Part shown: positions 1 to 12,439 of the stretch, piece by piece
Numbering within the stretch: position 1 is the first letter of the stretch
Layout of the letters: every line of letters begins with the position of its first letter
From: Eledone cirrhosa
Lineage: Eukaryota
Direction of reading: 5' to 3'
DNA: 64,000 bases
Assembly: GCA_964016885.1 (NCBI GenBank)
Contig: OZ024750.1
Coordinates: 33,356,001 to 33,420,000, forward strand
Translations under genes and position numbers: made by a program
The notes under the pieces: generated by a model
Told to the model about the DNA's origin: nothing
Databases searched by the model: none
What the model saw: only the letters and a program-made list of their open reading frames with translations

Positions 1-1290
1 TAAATCTATCCCTAAAAATATTTCCCTTAGAATCTCGGGTCTATCTTCTAACATACAAGTATTTAAGGAACACGCCGAGTACTACGATAACGCCCTTAGT
101 AAAGCAGGCTACCTCAACAAAATAGAGTACATAGATGGGAACAATCAAAACACCCAAAATAAATCCCACATAGGTAGATATAATAACACAACACCAAACC
201 ACACTTACTACCATAGTATGCACACCAGTAAACCAACAAACAAAACTAATAGAAAGCGATGCAAAGAGTACTTATGGTATAACCCCGAATACAATAGTTC
301 CATTAGTACAAATTTACCAGTACTCTTCTTTAAAATAATTAAAAGACATTTTCCCACATCACACAAATACCACAAAATCCTAAACCCTACCACTATAAGA
401 CTGTCATACTCTACAGCGTTAAACCTTGAACAACACATAAAAAAGCTCAATACTAGAAGGTTAGACGAAAACACTAAGAACTTAAGTACAAAGAACACAA
501 AAAAACAGTAAACAATACACTACAGAACATAAATAAACCACACCTAAGTTCGTCCGCAATACTACTCCAGAGAAAACCCAACGTACACAACTGTAACTGC
601 ACCTATCCTGACAACTGCCCCCTCGGCAATAACTGCCTGGAAAAAAATATTATTTATAAGTGTACCATTAAATCCGGAGGCAACGAGTGGTATTACGTGG
701 GATCAACGGCAACATCGTTTAAATCTCGATTGTATAGGCATTCTTACTCAATAAAACACCAGAGCCAAAGAAATGTAACAACTTTAGCAGAAAAAGCTTG
801 GACGCTCAGGGATAGCGAACAAAAGTTTACCCTAAAATGGGAAAAATTAGCTAAAACCCAAAGCTTTTCCAGGAGCCAAAATTTCTGCAAATTGTGTAAT
901 CTTGAGATTTATTACATAATCACACACAAGAAGAAACTGCTGAATAACAGAATTGAACGAACATTATTCTGCCGTCACAGAACTAAAACCCTTTTTTCCC
1001 ACTACAAGCCGAATATTACATAAAAGAGGGACATCCCCCAACTATATAAACCTTAATCTAGTTAGAAAAATATAAAAACAATCTCTTCTCAACATATATT
1101 AATAACCTTAAATTACCACACTAATAATGGAAAGATATGCTGATGAGAATAGGTACAAATATGCGATAATGAATGTGTCTAAAAACGTCCATAAGTATGT
1201 ATATATATGTGAAAATGTATATAAATAAGTAAATATATATATATGTTTGATGTGTATAGTTAGATGTAAGTGTATTCATGTATTAAAGTG

Positions 1291-1349
<59 letters not shown>

Positions 1350-2175
1350 ATATGTGTATATGGATGTGTATGTATGTGTATGTGTGTACACATGGACTAG
1401 AGTATGTATGTATATATGTGTGTGTCTATACGTGTGTATATAAAGATAAGTTGAGTATGAAAATGTATACACATGAGCGCGTATGTATGTACATGAATAC
1501 ATGTGTGTATATATATGTGTATGCATGTGTATATATATGTAAGTATGAATATGTGAATTGTGAGTATATGTATTTTGTAGAGGTGTGCAAATATATTTGT
1601 TTGTGAATGCGTGGGTGAAAGGATACGTACACTTGAAAGAAAAATTTAAGTCTGAATGTTAATTAAGTGCAAACACAAAACCAACCACGCATATCTTTAC
1701 TATCTCTAATCCTTCTATAGATTTAGAAAAATAACCAATAATATATTCTATAAAAAATGTCAAAACAACAGATGGGAATCTAATTACTCACTGCCACCAA
1801 GAATTCTCACTGCTATCGAAAAACCACTCCTTCAACTATTCTTCTAACAACTTCACCCCTCCCTCCTAATATTCTCTATAAAAACTAAATAGGTCCTCAG
1901 TAATATTATTCTGATGAAATGACAGTAAATAATAACATTGAAATATTGAATGTCTGCATAACTAAAAGTTTGTAGATAGCAGCTGTTTTAGGTTATGTAA
2001 CTGTTATAGAAACACGTGTCAATAAATTCCTTTCAACTAAACTGTATCCATTCAAATCTTTCTATTTTTCTCCGGATTACTTTTGGAACTACAACTGGAA
2101 CCGTCGAGCAAACTCTACGTGAGCTGATAATCTACTGTGTGTAATATTTATATTACAACACAACGGAAAATACTG
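1..2175 (+). mobile_element. Penelope-like element, 3' part (RT C-terminus/linker, GIY-YIG endonuclease, 3' pseudo-LTR); broken ORF
   Basis: Frame 2 from base 2 reads KSIPKNISLRISGLSSN...YYDNALSKAGY. ORF 218-511 has RKR..LWYNPEYNSSISTNL..FFKIIKRHFP..H..HKI...IRLSYST. About 590-1023 reads CNC..CPLGNNCLEKNIIYKC..WYYVGSTATSFKSR...FCKLCNLE...CRHR. A hammerhead plus AATAAA follows at 1906-2026, then (TA)n. Confidence 0.9.
1906..2025 (+). ncRNA. Type I hammerhead ribozyme in PLE pseudo-LTR, long branched stem II
   Basis: ttatt-CTGATGA-a-atgacagt...actgttat-a-GAAAC-ACGT-GTC-aataa. Stem I ttatt/aataa, palindromic stem III, internal hairpin tgtctgca/tgtagata. Confidence 0.75.
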
Positions 2176-2212
2176 TATATATATATATATATACACACAT
2201 ATATATATATAC

Positions 2213-2271
<59 letters not shown>

Positions 2272-2275
<4 letters not shown>

Positions 2276-2512
2276 TAGAAGTTGTATTTAATTTGTTGGA
2301 AGTCCGACAAACATAAATGTTTATAACTGATTTAGCGCACTCAACAGTTACTGGAGTAAATATTCAATATTAAATAAATGGAAACTATATTTATAAAACC
2401 ATGTTTATTTTATTATATATATTTCATGGGCAACCAAGACAACATTGGTACGCTTTCATCAGATAAAATACTAAGTTTGTTTTATAAATAGAGACGTACC
2501 CATGAAAATCAT
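2272..2512 (-). mobile_element. Short non-coding PLE-like (pLTR) element, family H1, with hammerhead
   Basis: Near-identical reverse complement of 21738-21975; 3' end abuts (TA)n. Confidence 0.8.
2407..2469 (-). ncRNA. Minimal type I hammerhead ribozyme (family H1)
   Basis: rc: attttat-CTGATGA-aagcgtacc..ggttgcccat-GAAAT-ATAT-ATA-ataaaat. Confidence 0.75.
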
Positions 2513-2609
2513 ACCTGGAAATTCACATATATATATATGTGTGTGTGTGTGTGTGCATATAAATACATATATATACATACATACACACACGAACTCACAC
2601 TGACACACA

Positions 2610-2670
<61 letters not shown>

Positions 2671-2671
2671 C

Positions 2672-2806
2672 GGAATGGATGCAGTAAAAACCTGTTGGAC
2701 CATTACTCACCCGAGTACTCGATAATTGGAGTAGTAGAGTGTAGTAATATGAAGGAGTCGGGTTCCCGACGGCTGAGCTCCTGTCGTTTCAACAACTAGT
2801 TCCGAA

Positions 2807-2809
<3 letters not shown>
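2672..2809 (-). mobile_element. Short (TA)n-embedded element, GAGCTC family
   Basis: Homologous to 7410-7549, 26800-26940 and 29117-29257; flanked by (TA)n. Confidence 0.65.
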
Positions 2810-2890
<81 letters not shown>

Positions 2891-2894
<4 letters not shown>

Positions 2895-3300
2895 TTAAAA
2901 TAACATTAATGTTTAAGCAAAGAATCGCTGCTTTCACCCTTAACGGGATCTTCTGAAATTAACAAAGTCAATCTGTGAACGCAGAAGTGAATATTTCAGA
3001 AAACGTTGCAACCGGAGGAAGACTGGAAGACGATACTTTGGTTCGTGGAAACGTTCCCTTTGTCTTTGCGTGTAATTGTTTTTCACCAATCCAAATAATG
3101 ACGTATTATATTCGTTTTTTCGCGTTCTTTGCCAGGGAACGTTTCCACGAACCAAAGTATTGTCTTCCTATCTTCCTCCGGTTGCAACGTTTTTTGAAAT
3201 ATTCACTTCTGCGTTCACAGATTGACTTTGTTAGTTTCAGAAGATCCCATTAAGGGTGAAAGCAGCTATTCTTTGCTTAAACTTTAATCTGTTATATTTG
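2891..3300. repeat. Inverted pair of CAGAAGA-family elements (~170 bp arms, ~70 bp spacer)
   Basis: 2891-3059 is the reverse complement of about 3134-3297; both 3' ends point outward toward TA-rich sequence. Confidence 0.9.
3217..3292 (+). ncRNA. Candidate variant hammerhead (core CAGAAGA), extended bulged stem I
   Basis: acagattga-ctttgtt-agttt-CAGAAGA-tccc-attaa-gggt-GAAAGCA..TGCTT-aaact-ttaatctgt. Confidence 0.55.
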
Positions 3301-3395
3301 ATATATATTTATCCTTATCGAGCCCTCTTTGGATTTTAGTCTTCAAATTTATTATTATTACTATATATATATGTATATATGCATTGAGTTTTTTG

Positions 3396-3442
<47 letters not shown>

Positions 3443-3655
3443 CTGTCTGAACGTAATGTTATTACTCTGGGGTCTTTCCTCATCTGAGTGCTCAAGCTAC
3501 AGACCGATTATGCATATACGCTAGCTTGGCCGTATTCTAAAGCTTCGTCAATGCTGTACTAAAATTTATATATATATATATATACATATATTGGCACACG
3601 GTTGGATAAATCATGTATCCATATATGCATTTTGTGCACGTAGGAAAACATACTT

Positions 3656-3723
<68 letters not shown>

Positions 3724-4528
3724 TCATAAGTTAAGGCATTAAAATAATAATTATAATATAAAGTTACTAAGAATAATTACTATAAAATTTTTCAACTTAA
3801 AATACAAAATATAAAATACGTTTTCAAATATATATTTAAATTTAAATCTATTTGATTTAATCAAAGAAATATAGAATTAAATTGTTTTGTTTTAAAGGAT
3901 TAATGTGATTAACTCCCAATTATATTCCATTAATTAGATCTAAGTAATAAAATATATTCGGAAATATATTTTGAAACGCATTTCGCGTCTTCAATTTTAT
4001 TTGAATAAATTTATTTATTTGTAACAACGCAAAATTATATCAATTTATTTTAGTTATGTAACTTTCGCATAATTTCTGAAAAATATTATTCCAACATTTT
4101 TCCATTTTTATATTTATGTAGCCATGTTTATTGTGCGCTATGCACCGACCTCCACTATTAGGTTTCCCCCCTTTTACAACTCGCTTCCCTTCCACTTCTT
4201 CTCTTTCTCCTTCTTTGTCCATTTATTCCTGGGGTTACAGTGGGAGAAGAGTCGACATGCACGCCTTGAGAAGCAACTGCCTCCAATTTATAACTGCAGG
4301 GAACATATTGAAAAATAAACCTCATTCGGTCATTCCATGAGAGTATCTTCGTCAACCTATGAAACTTTCAGCCAACCTTCGTATCTATGTGTATCTGTGT
4401 GTGTATTTATATATATGGGTGTATATTTATATCTATGTGTATCTGTGTGTGTATTTATATATATATGGGTGTATATATTAATTCTGGCAATATTACACAA
4501 ATATGACCCTCCCCAAGTATAACAATAG

Positions 4529-4568
<40 letters not shown>

Positions 4569-4593
4569 GTGTGTGTGTCTGTGTGTGTGTGCG

Positions 4594-4679
<86 letters not shown>

Positions 4680-6032
4680 TGTTCGTTCAAATAATATTTT
4701 TTTATAGGGGTAGGTATATAATAGAGTGGCAGGTTTTTAAGGGAAATGTGGAATAATTTAGATATGATAAAGCAGATCTGCTTTACCGGGGAGGGTGTTA
4801 TCCCATCTGGATAGAGTCAGTTAAACAAGGAGCTCATCTAATTAGTGTCCTTGCTTAGCGGACACAAGCCTGTATCTGATTAGCATTTGAGTTAACCACT
4901 TAACATTATTGGGGAGTCATTTCCCTATAAATATATAGTTTTAAGGTTAATTTAGTTTATTTCACAATTTTAAGAGAATATATTTTACGATATTGTATTA
5001 CATAGATAGGTCCTTATCTCAATTTGATAGTATTATCTTTTCTCATCCTTGAGATATATGGCTGTACTCGAATATTAACCACCCACCATTAAATCCCGTA
5101 TATAATACAAAATAATATGCCACGCATCTGAATAAGTTCGGCAAATTGAACCCTGACTCATTTTCAGTTCAATTTCTAGGCTAAACCTTTAATACATCCA
5201 TATGTGCAGTTTATTAATGCTTTAAGGGCTAAATTTTCATTGCTAATAACTACTCTAATTACTATTAACTATGAGAGTTTTAACAATAATTAATTATTGA
5301 TAACCACCATCAGCTATTATTACATTCGTAGCATCACAGGTTTTAATAATAGATATCGCCTGTATTAGTAAGTTTGTAGTAATAATCAGGCTGCTAATTA
5401 ACCTTCTCATAGCAGCAATAGCCTTGATGGTGGTCTCAAAGATATTAAAAATTGCTGGGTTGTAATATTAATAGTCTAATAGTTACAAGGGGTGTAATAG
5501 CAATTACTTGCTGGCGCAAACACACACACTCTCTTTCACATGAATGATCATAAGTATAAACATACATATATACACATACACCAACATTTTTATATATAAT
5601 ATGAAAGAGAGATGTTTATTGGTTGGCTGGTTGGTTGGTTGCACGAAAACTACACACACACACATACATTCACTCATCTAAAGAGAGAGAGAGAGAGATA
5701 CAGAGGGAGAGGCAGAGAGAGCGGGAGAGATATGCCGTTATACAGAGAGAGATACAATTAAAATGTTTGATATTCAGAGAGAGAGAGTGTGTGTGTGTGT
5801 GTAACGCCCACTAAAGTCTTTGATTTTACAGAACAAAGAAAAAATTGATACTATTTGAAATTAATCTACGATATATTTTAAGTTAGTTTTTTTAGGATAG
5901 TGTCATATTATTATTAACCTAATTCAGATGTCAGTGTCAACGTATTTTCTAAGATATATATATATATAATAATAAATTTGAAGACTTTGCCAGGAAACGT
6001 TTCCTGTCTTTGAAATACTCACTTCTGCGTTT

Positions 6033-6108
6033 ACAGATTGACTTTGTCAGTTTCAGAAGATCCCGTTAAGGGTGAAAGCAGCGATTCTTTGCTTAAACTT
6101 TAATCTGT
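6033..6108 (+). ncRNA. Candidate variant hammerhead (CAGAAGA family)
   Basis: Same fold as 3217-3292, followed by AATAAA and (TA)n. Confidence 0.55.
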
Positions 6109-6115
6109 TATTTTA

Positions 6116-6185
<70 letters not shown>

Positions 6186-6399
6186 CTTTGTATTGTTTGT
6201 TTTTTTCACGATATTTTCCAAGAAAATTAATTTCATCATGTCACCAAAACACCGCTCATCTATCAGGGTGGGTGAGTAGGGTGTACAATGTCCACCAAAC
6301 GGTTGAAATTTCAAACGAAAGAGAAACTCACGAACTATATAAAACTATATAAACCCACGAACTATATAAAAAAAGACTTGGGAATAAAAGGACAAGTAA

Positions 6400-6962
6400 A
6401 CATTGTAACATTCAGCAGAATATGAAACGGGAAACAGAAAGATTAAGAAAACAAGAAAGACGATCGCAACTTTCTGAAATTGTACAGAACCTGAGATAGG
6501 AAACAGTAAGATTTAGGCAAGAAGAGACAGTATTGTAACAAACAGAGGTTCAATGTGAGAGCTGCAATGCAAACTCTACGAGCACAAAGGACTCATCAAG
6601 GCAGAATAAGCTGATTAAGAGCTGCGTTTTCATATGATCCATCGAATAATTATAAAAATGATCCTAAAGTGGCGATTGGTAGCATGGATATTACATTTGG
6701 CATATGTTGCTTAGGAGGAAAAGTCAGACTTCCACTGATAGAGGACCCTCCAACTTTTATCCATATACTGCTTACAGACCATTCTAACGAAGCTAAACTT
6801 TTCGGAAGCAATGTTATGCGGTATATTACCTTGTTTCAGAAGACGATCTTTGGAGCTGAAAAAGATCATACTGACTATGATTATTTCACATTTAAAGTCC
6901 AAGGTCAATGCTACCATTTAATCGGCAATTTACTCCCCCAGTTTAATAATGAAGTTTTATGA
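6400..6962 (+). mobile_element. Helitron Rep/helicase N-terminal fragment (degenerate)
   Basis: AAFPYDPSNNYKNDPKVAIGSMD..GICCLGGKVRLP..DPP..LL..F..N...Y...FQ.T.FGA...TFKVQGQCYHLIGNLLP matches the conserved N-terminal block of animal Helitron RepHel proteins. Confidence 0.85.
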
Positions 6963-7150
6963 TTGTTTTTTTTATGTCTCTCTCTCTCTCTCTCACACAC
7001 ACACATTATGGTCTCATCTCATACTGTAAACCAGACAACACATCCAATACAGTGAGTTTCTCTTTTATCTGTCTTCTCTTAACTGTACTCCTGGGCGAAA
7101 CCGAGTACCTCAGCTAGTATAATACATACAGCCCTACACACAAATACAGG

Positions 7151-7183
<33 letters not shown>

Positions 7184-7198
7184 GTGTGTGTATGTGAG

Positions 7199-7343
<145 letters not shown>

Positions 7344-7409
7344 GTATGCAAGTAAGTATATACTTATGCAAGTAAGTATATACTTCGTTATATATATATA
7401 TATATATAT

Positions 7410-7610
7410 AACGAAGGAGGTGTGGTAAGGAACCAGATGGACCATAACGCAACAGAGTACTCAATACTTAGGGTAGTAGAGGGAGTAATAGGAAAATGTT
7501 TGACTCCGACGACAGAGCTCAGGCCGTTTCGACGGCTATTTCTGGACTGAGTCCAGAAATAGCCATCCAAACGGCTTGAGCTCTGCCGTCGGGGTCAAAC
7601 ATTTTCCTAT
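7410..7610. mobile_element. GAGCTC-family element with inverted partial duplicate (hairpin 7488-7610)
   Basis: ataggaaaatgtt...tttctggac-tga-gtccagaaa...aacattttcctat, with (TA)n on both sides. Confidence 0.85.
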
Positions 7611-7709
7611 ATATATATATATATATATATACATACCACTATATATAAATGTACACAAACACATGTCCATGATAATAGATTCAATCATATATGCCGAATT
7701 AAAGTAATA

Positions 7710-7891
7710 TTTGTTTCTACTTTAGGCACAAGGCCAGCAATTACCCAGTGCATTAGTGGTACTTTATTTTATCGACCCCGTAAGGATGAAAGGCAAAGTC
7801 AACCTCGGCGGGATTTGAACTCAGATCGTAAAGGGACGTAACTATGCTGGAAAGCATGGCGTCCGACCCTCTACCGATACTGCCAATCCAC
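7710..7891 (-). mobile_element. tRNA-derived SINE, family A
   Basis: rc has box A-like TGGCAGTATCGG, box B GAGTTCAAATCC, central TTTGCCTTTCATCCTTACGGGGTCGATAAAATAAAGTACC and tail GTAGAAACAA. Confidence 0.9.
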
Positions 7892-8351
7892 GTAATATTG
7901 ATGCATAGATAGAGTTGTGAGAGGTTTAATAACGATCATAAAACGGAATAGATAAACGGAATAGATAAACGGAATAGAAGGTTAAATATAAGATGTACAT
8001 GGACATGATTGTATCGATATATTTGGTCATTTATACTGAATAACAATAGTTTCTATCTTTGGCATAAGCCCATCGCTTTAGAGGCATAGAAATAACCCGA
8101 ATGTCGAAGACAAACAATCTCTATGATTATAGATATTCTAGGAATGATACAAAAAAGTACGCAAACAGGGACATAACTAAAACTCACAAATATATACAAC
8201 ATACAAGCAATAGTACTACTAGACAGCACATATTACGAAGACTACTCTCAATACAATAGAACAAACACCACCAAAAACCACACTGCACATACCCAAGGAG
8301 CACAGAGCTGTGCTCGGTAATACAGTGATAACGCACAAAAACAATAATAAT

Positions 8352-8886
8352 AATTGTTTCTACTTTAGGCACAAGGACAGCAAATACACAGTACATTACT
8401 GGTACTTTATTTTATCGAGCCCCCGTAAGGATGAAAGGCAAAGTTAACCTCGACAATAATAATAACCATAATAATAAGAATGATTTCTGATTTAGGCACA
8501 AGGCCAGCAATGATTAAGGGAGGGACAGTTGATTAAATCGACCAAAGTGCATTACTGGTACTTTATTTTTTCAATCCCCATAAAGATGAAAGGCAAAGCT
8601 AACATCGGCGGAATTTGAACTCAGCATGTAAAGAGATGTAACTCTGTGCCACGAAGCAGAGTTTCCGATGCTCTACCAATTCTGTTTCATTATTGTATGG
8701 TGGATTGGCAGTATTGGTAGAGTGTCGGATGCCATGCTTTGGCGCATAGAGTTACGGCCCTTGCCATTCTGAGTTCAAATCCCGTCGAGGTTGACTTTAC
8801 CTTTCATCCTTACGGGATCGATAAAATAAAGTACCAGTAATACACTGGGTAATTGCTGGCCTTGTGCCTAACGTAGAAACAATTAT
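8352..8886. mobile_element. Cluster of three family A SINEs (8352-8454 -, 8482-8683 -, 8698-8886 +)
   Basis: Same diagnostic motifs; the last two are head-to-head. Confidence 0.85.
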
Positions 8887-9670
8887 GTATCAAGTATTCA
8901 GTAATTATCAGATATGTATCAAGTATTCACTAATTAAACTAGTACTCTGATTCACAGGGGTAACATCTCACCAATGTCCAACAGTTAGGTCATCGTCCTT
9001 TCATTGTCATTTTCTGTACATTTCTCGTGATTTCTCGCACACCATCGATCGGCCATGTTGTACAGACCTTATCTCTTTATGCCATGTTAGGTTAGTTTTC
9101 TTTAAAAGTTTTCCACAATTTTTTAAAGCTATCTTCATTTCACGAATGACTGGAAATTATTGATTAGCTGTGACATCGTTTTATTTATAGTGACCTGTTA
9201 TATTCTAATCATGTGTTTAACTGACTGAACTGGCATATATATTTTACATAATAGACAATACAGAACGACTTCTTAAAACCTTCTAAAATCCATGTTTCTC
9301 ATATATATGCAAATAGAAAATGTTTGAAATGGACTTGCAATGGAAATCTTTTAATTCGGAACCATCGATTTTTGTTTTCGTCCTGGGAAAACAAATTATT
9401 TTTGAAACTCTTTTAAATTTGACGGACCAGGCCAATTAACATATTTAAGAGGTCGTATCTGACGTTCGATAAACTCTATTTTAATCAAATTCCTTTTATG
9501 TGATGAAAACAATCGATTTTTCTGAGAACATGTTTGTTTTGTTTTGTTTTTGTTTTTGTTTTTTGTTTGTTTGTTTTTTTATTTTGTTTTGTCTTTTGCT
9601 TTGTTTTTTCAATTCTGAGATATTATCTCCAAGCTGCATATGCAGAATAGTTTCTATTACTGGATGTTCA

Positions 9671-9737
9671 ATTTTACATCCGTTTTACATCCGTTTTACT
9701 TCCGTTTTACTTCCGTTTTACTTCCGTTTTACTTCCG
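9671..9737. repeat. 11-bp tandem repeat (TTTTAC[A/T]TCCG) x ~6
   Basis: Direct reading. Confidence 0.9.
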
Positions 9738-9958
9738 GTGTAGTTTACACATGTGGTTTCGATTATAGAGGATATAAACATGACTATTTTTGTGGTTCCC
9801 TTATTAGAATATGCAGGTAATGAAACATTTTCCGTTTTAATACATCTATAGAACTTGCAAATTGGATTATCATATCCTGGGGGTGTCGTTCAATTAGCTT
9901 CCTTTTATTCCCTCTCTCACTCTCACTCTCTCTCTCTTTCTTCTCTGTCTCTCTTCTG

Positions 9959-10033
<75 letters not shown>

Positions 10034-10124
10034 TTACTTTCAATATACGTCTCTTTGTCCCTTTGTCTATTTCCTTCGCTCCGTCAATGCACATCTGTCA
10101 TTCGATTTTATTATGTATGATGGC

Positions 10125-10285
10125 AACGTATAGTTACATTATTTACATTCTGAATTCAAATCCTGCCGAGGTTAGCTTTGCCTTTCATTCTTACCAATAG
10201 AGAACTCTACTGGGGTCAATCTAATCTACTTTCTCCTTTCCCTTGAAACTGCTGGCCTTCTGCCAAATGTAAAAACAATTATTTT
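10125..10285 (+). mobile_element. Degenerate family A SINE
   Basis: gaattcaaatcctgccgaggttagctttgcctttcat...gctggccttctgccaaatgtaaaaacaattatt. Confidence 0.7.
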
Positions 10286-10784
10286 CTATGAAAGACTCTA
10301 CTATTGTAAGAACCAACTCATGGGAGAAGCAAACGATACAAACCGCAGTATGAAGCAGTTGCCAGGAGCAATGGGAAATCGTGAATTGTGGGGGATTTGG
10401 CAGGAATGTTCGACTGTGGTCGCAATGATCATGATAATGATTAACAATTTTAGATTTCATTACCTTGATTGTATGCTTTAAATATTGGGATCATACTCTA
10501 GTCAATTACCTGGATATACATGCTTAATTCATCTTAATTACGGTGTAAATACAAATCCATGTATTCTTTACTGAATACCTCCTTATTTCATATCTAAATA
10601 TTTGACAATATACTTGCAATATACTTTAAATATATCAATCATTTTCTTTATATTAGATATCTCAAACATAGATACGATAGAATAGTGTATTGTATTAGAT
10701 ATTTATCATTTTACACAGCTAACAAATAAGAAACATGTGTAAAATCAGATATTGATCGAAACCATAGATCCTGCATTTATTTTG

Positions 10785-11387
10785 AAATCTTCACTTTTGA
10801 GAAAAAAATTGAATTGAGAGATCACAGCTATGATACTATAGGTATGTAGTTGGAATGACTCAGAAAGAACCTCTGGACAGATTTTACGGGCAAAACCAAC
10901 AGACAAGAGACCCAGGGGTAGAGCCCGAGCAAAAAGGTTGGATAACATCCATGAGCTTAGCTGGTTTCGCTTGGGGATCTAGCCGGATCAGTTGGAGAGA
11001 ATTACTTCTGACAGGACCCGCTGGAAAGAGTGTTTGAGGACTCTGCCTCCATGACCCACTCATGGATAAGTGGAAGAAGAAGAAGAAGAAGAAGAAGAAG
11101 AAGAAGAAGAAGAAGAAGAAGAAGAAGAAGAAGAAGAAGAAGAAGAAGAAGAAGAAGAAGAAGAAGAAGAAGAAGAAGAAGAAGAAGAAGAAGAAGAAGA
11201 AGAAGAAGAAGAAGAAGAAGAAGAAGAAGAAGAAGAAGAAGAAGAAGAAGAAGAAGAAGAAGAAGAAGAAGAAGAAGAAGAAGAAGAAGAAGAAGAAGAA
11301 GAAGAAGAAGAAGAAGAAGAAGAAGAAGAAGAAGAAGAAGAAGAAGAAGAAGAAGAAGAAGAAGAAGAAGAAGAAGAAGAAGAAGAA
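10785..11387 (+). mobile_element. RTE-like LINE 3' end with (GAA)105 tail
   Basis: Residual coding MTQK....GQIL.AKPT..RPRGRAR.KRLDNIH, typical of an RTE ORF C-terminus; GAA run 11073-11387. Confidence 0.8.
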
Positions 11388-12087
11388 ATTCGCGAAAGTT
11401 CTGTCAAATAAAAAACATGATACATTAGCTAACCCATCTAAATATTAAAATAATTTTAAAGTTATAAGGCTCCGCATTTAATATTTTTTGTGATATAGAC
11501 TTTCTAAAATATATTATTGAAACAATGTGGAATAGATTCAAATGCTAATCGAAAGCGAGACTTACAGAGAAGCTCAATTAGATCTCGGTTCTATATTACG
11601 GCTCATATTAGAATTTTCAAAGCAAACATCTCTTCAGCGTAAACGTGTTCTATCAAATTGTCCAATTTGTTATCTTCTCGCCTTTATTAGATATAGCACG
11701 TCAGAAAACGTGACAAATTACATTAATCGCGCAACCTCCCATTTTATATCATTTCATATAATAGCAGGATATCCATAGGTTGAACAACTTGATATTTTTG
11801 ATATTATATTTCATGACTGATTTTATATTTGTATACAAGAAAATAATCGTTAACGCTCATTACGTTTATACTGAAATAATCTAGCGCTAACGATTTCTCC
11901 TAATTTAACTCGGTTTCTAAATAATGAGAAATTCAATGAGAGTTCAATAATAAAATCTGACAAGTTTAAAAATGATTATCATTTCAGCATTTAAAGATGT
12001 TTAATATTAGAAAGTGTCATAAAGCAAGAATGAAAATAGATTCGCTTGAATCTGTGCAGAATCGTTTTAATATCATCATTCATAAAA

Positions 12088-12438
12088 GGGTGATGGGTTT
12101 CCAGTAGAGTGTCGGAGGACATGATTTTGTGGCATAAAGTTCGAATCTTGCCGAGGTTAGCTTTGCATTTCAGCCTAACGGCGTCGATAAAATAAAGTAC
12201 CAGTAATGCACTGAAGCCAATTTAATCAGCTTTCCCTCCTCCAAAATTGTTGGCCTTGTGTCTAAATCAGAAACCGTTATTATGTTGTACTCCCTGTTGG
12301 GGTGGTGGGTCGGGAGTATTGTTAGAGCGTCGGACGTGCTTTGTGGCATATAGTTACGGCTCTTTACATTCTGAGTTCAAATCCCACCTAGGTTAGCTTT
12401 GCCTTTCATCTTTAATAAAGTACCAGTATCGCTCTGGG
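12088..12438 (+). mobile_element. Two tandem family A SINEs (12088-12282, 12300-12438)
   Basis: Box B and central domain in each; the second is truncated where the minisatellite starts. Confidence 0.75.
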
Positions 12439-12439
12439 A

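Noticed and set aside
590-1023. Selenocysteine recoding, as reported for some Naiad PLEs
   Set aside because: The conserved Cys positions here and in 24386-25441 are TGY codons; no in-frame TGA at those sites.
11030-11448. Poly-R/S/K/E ORFs
   Set aside because: Translations of a (GAA)n LINE tail.
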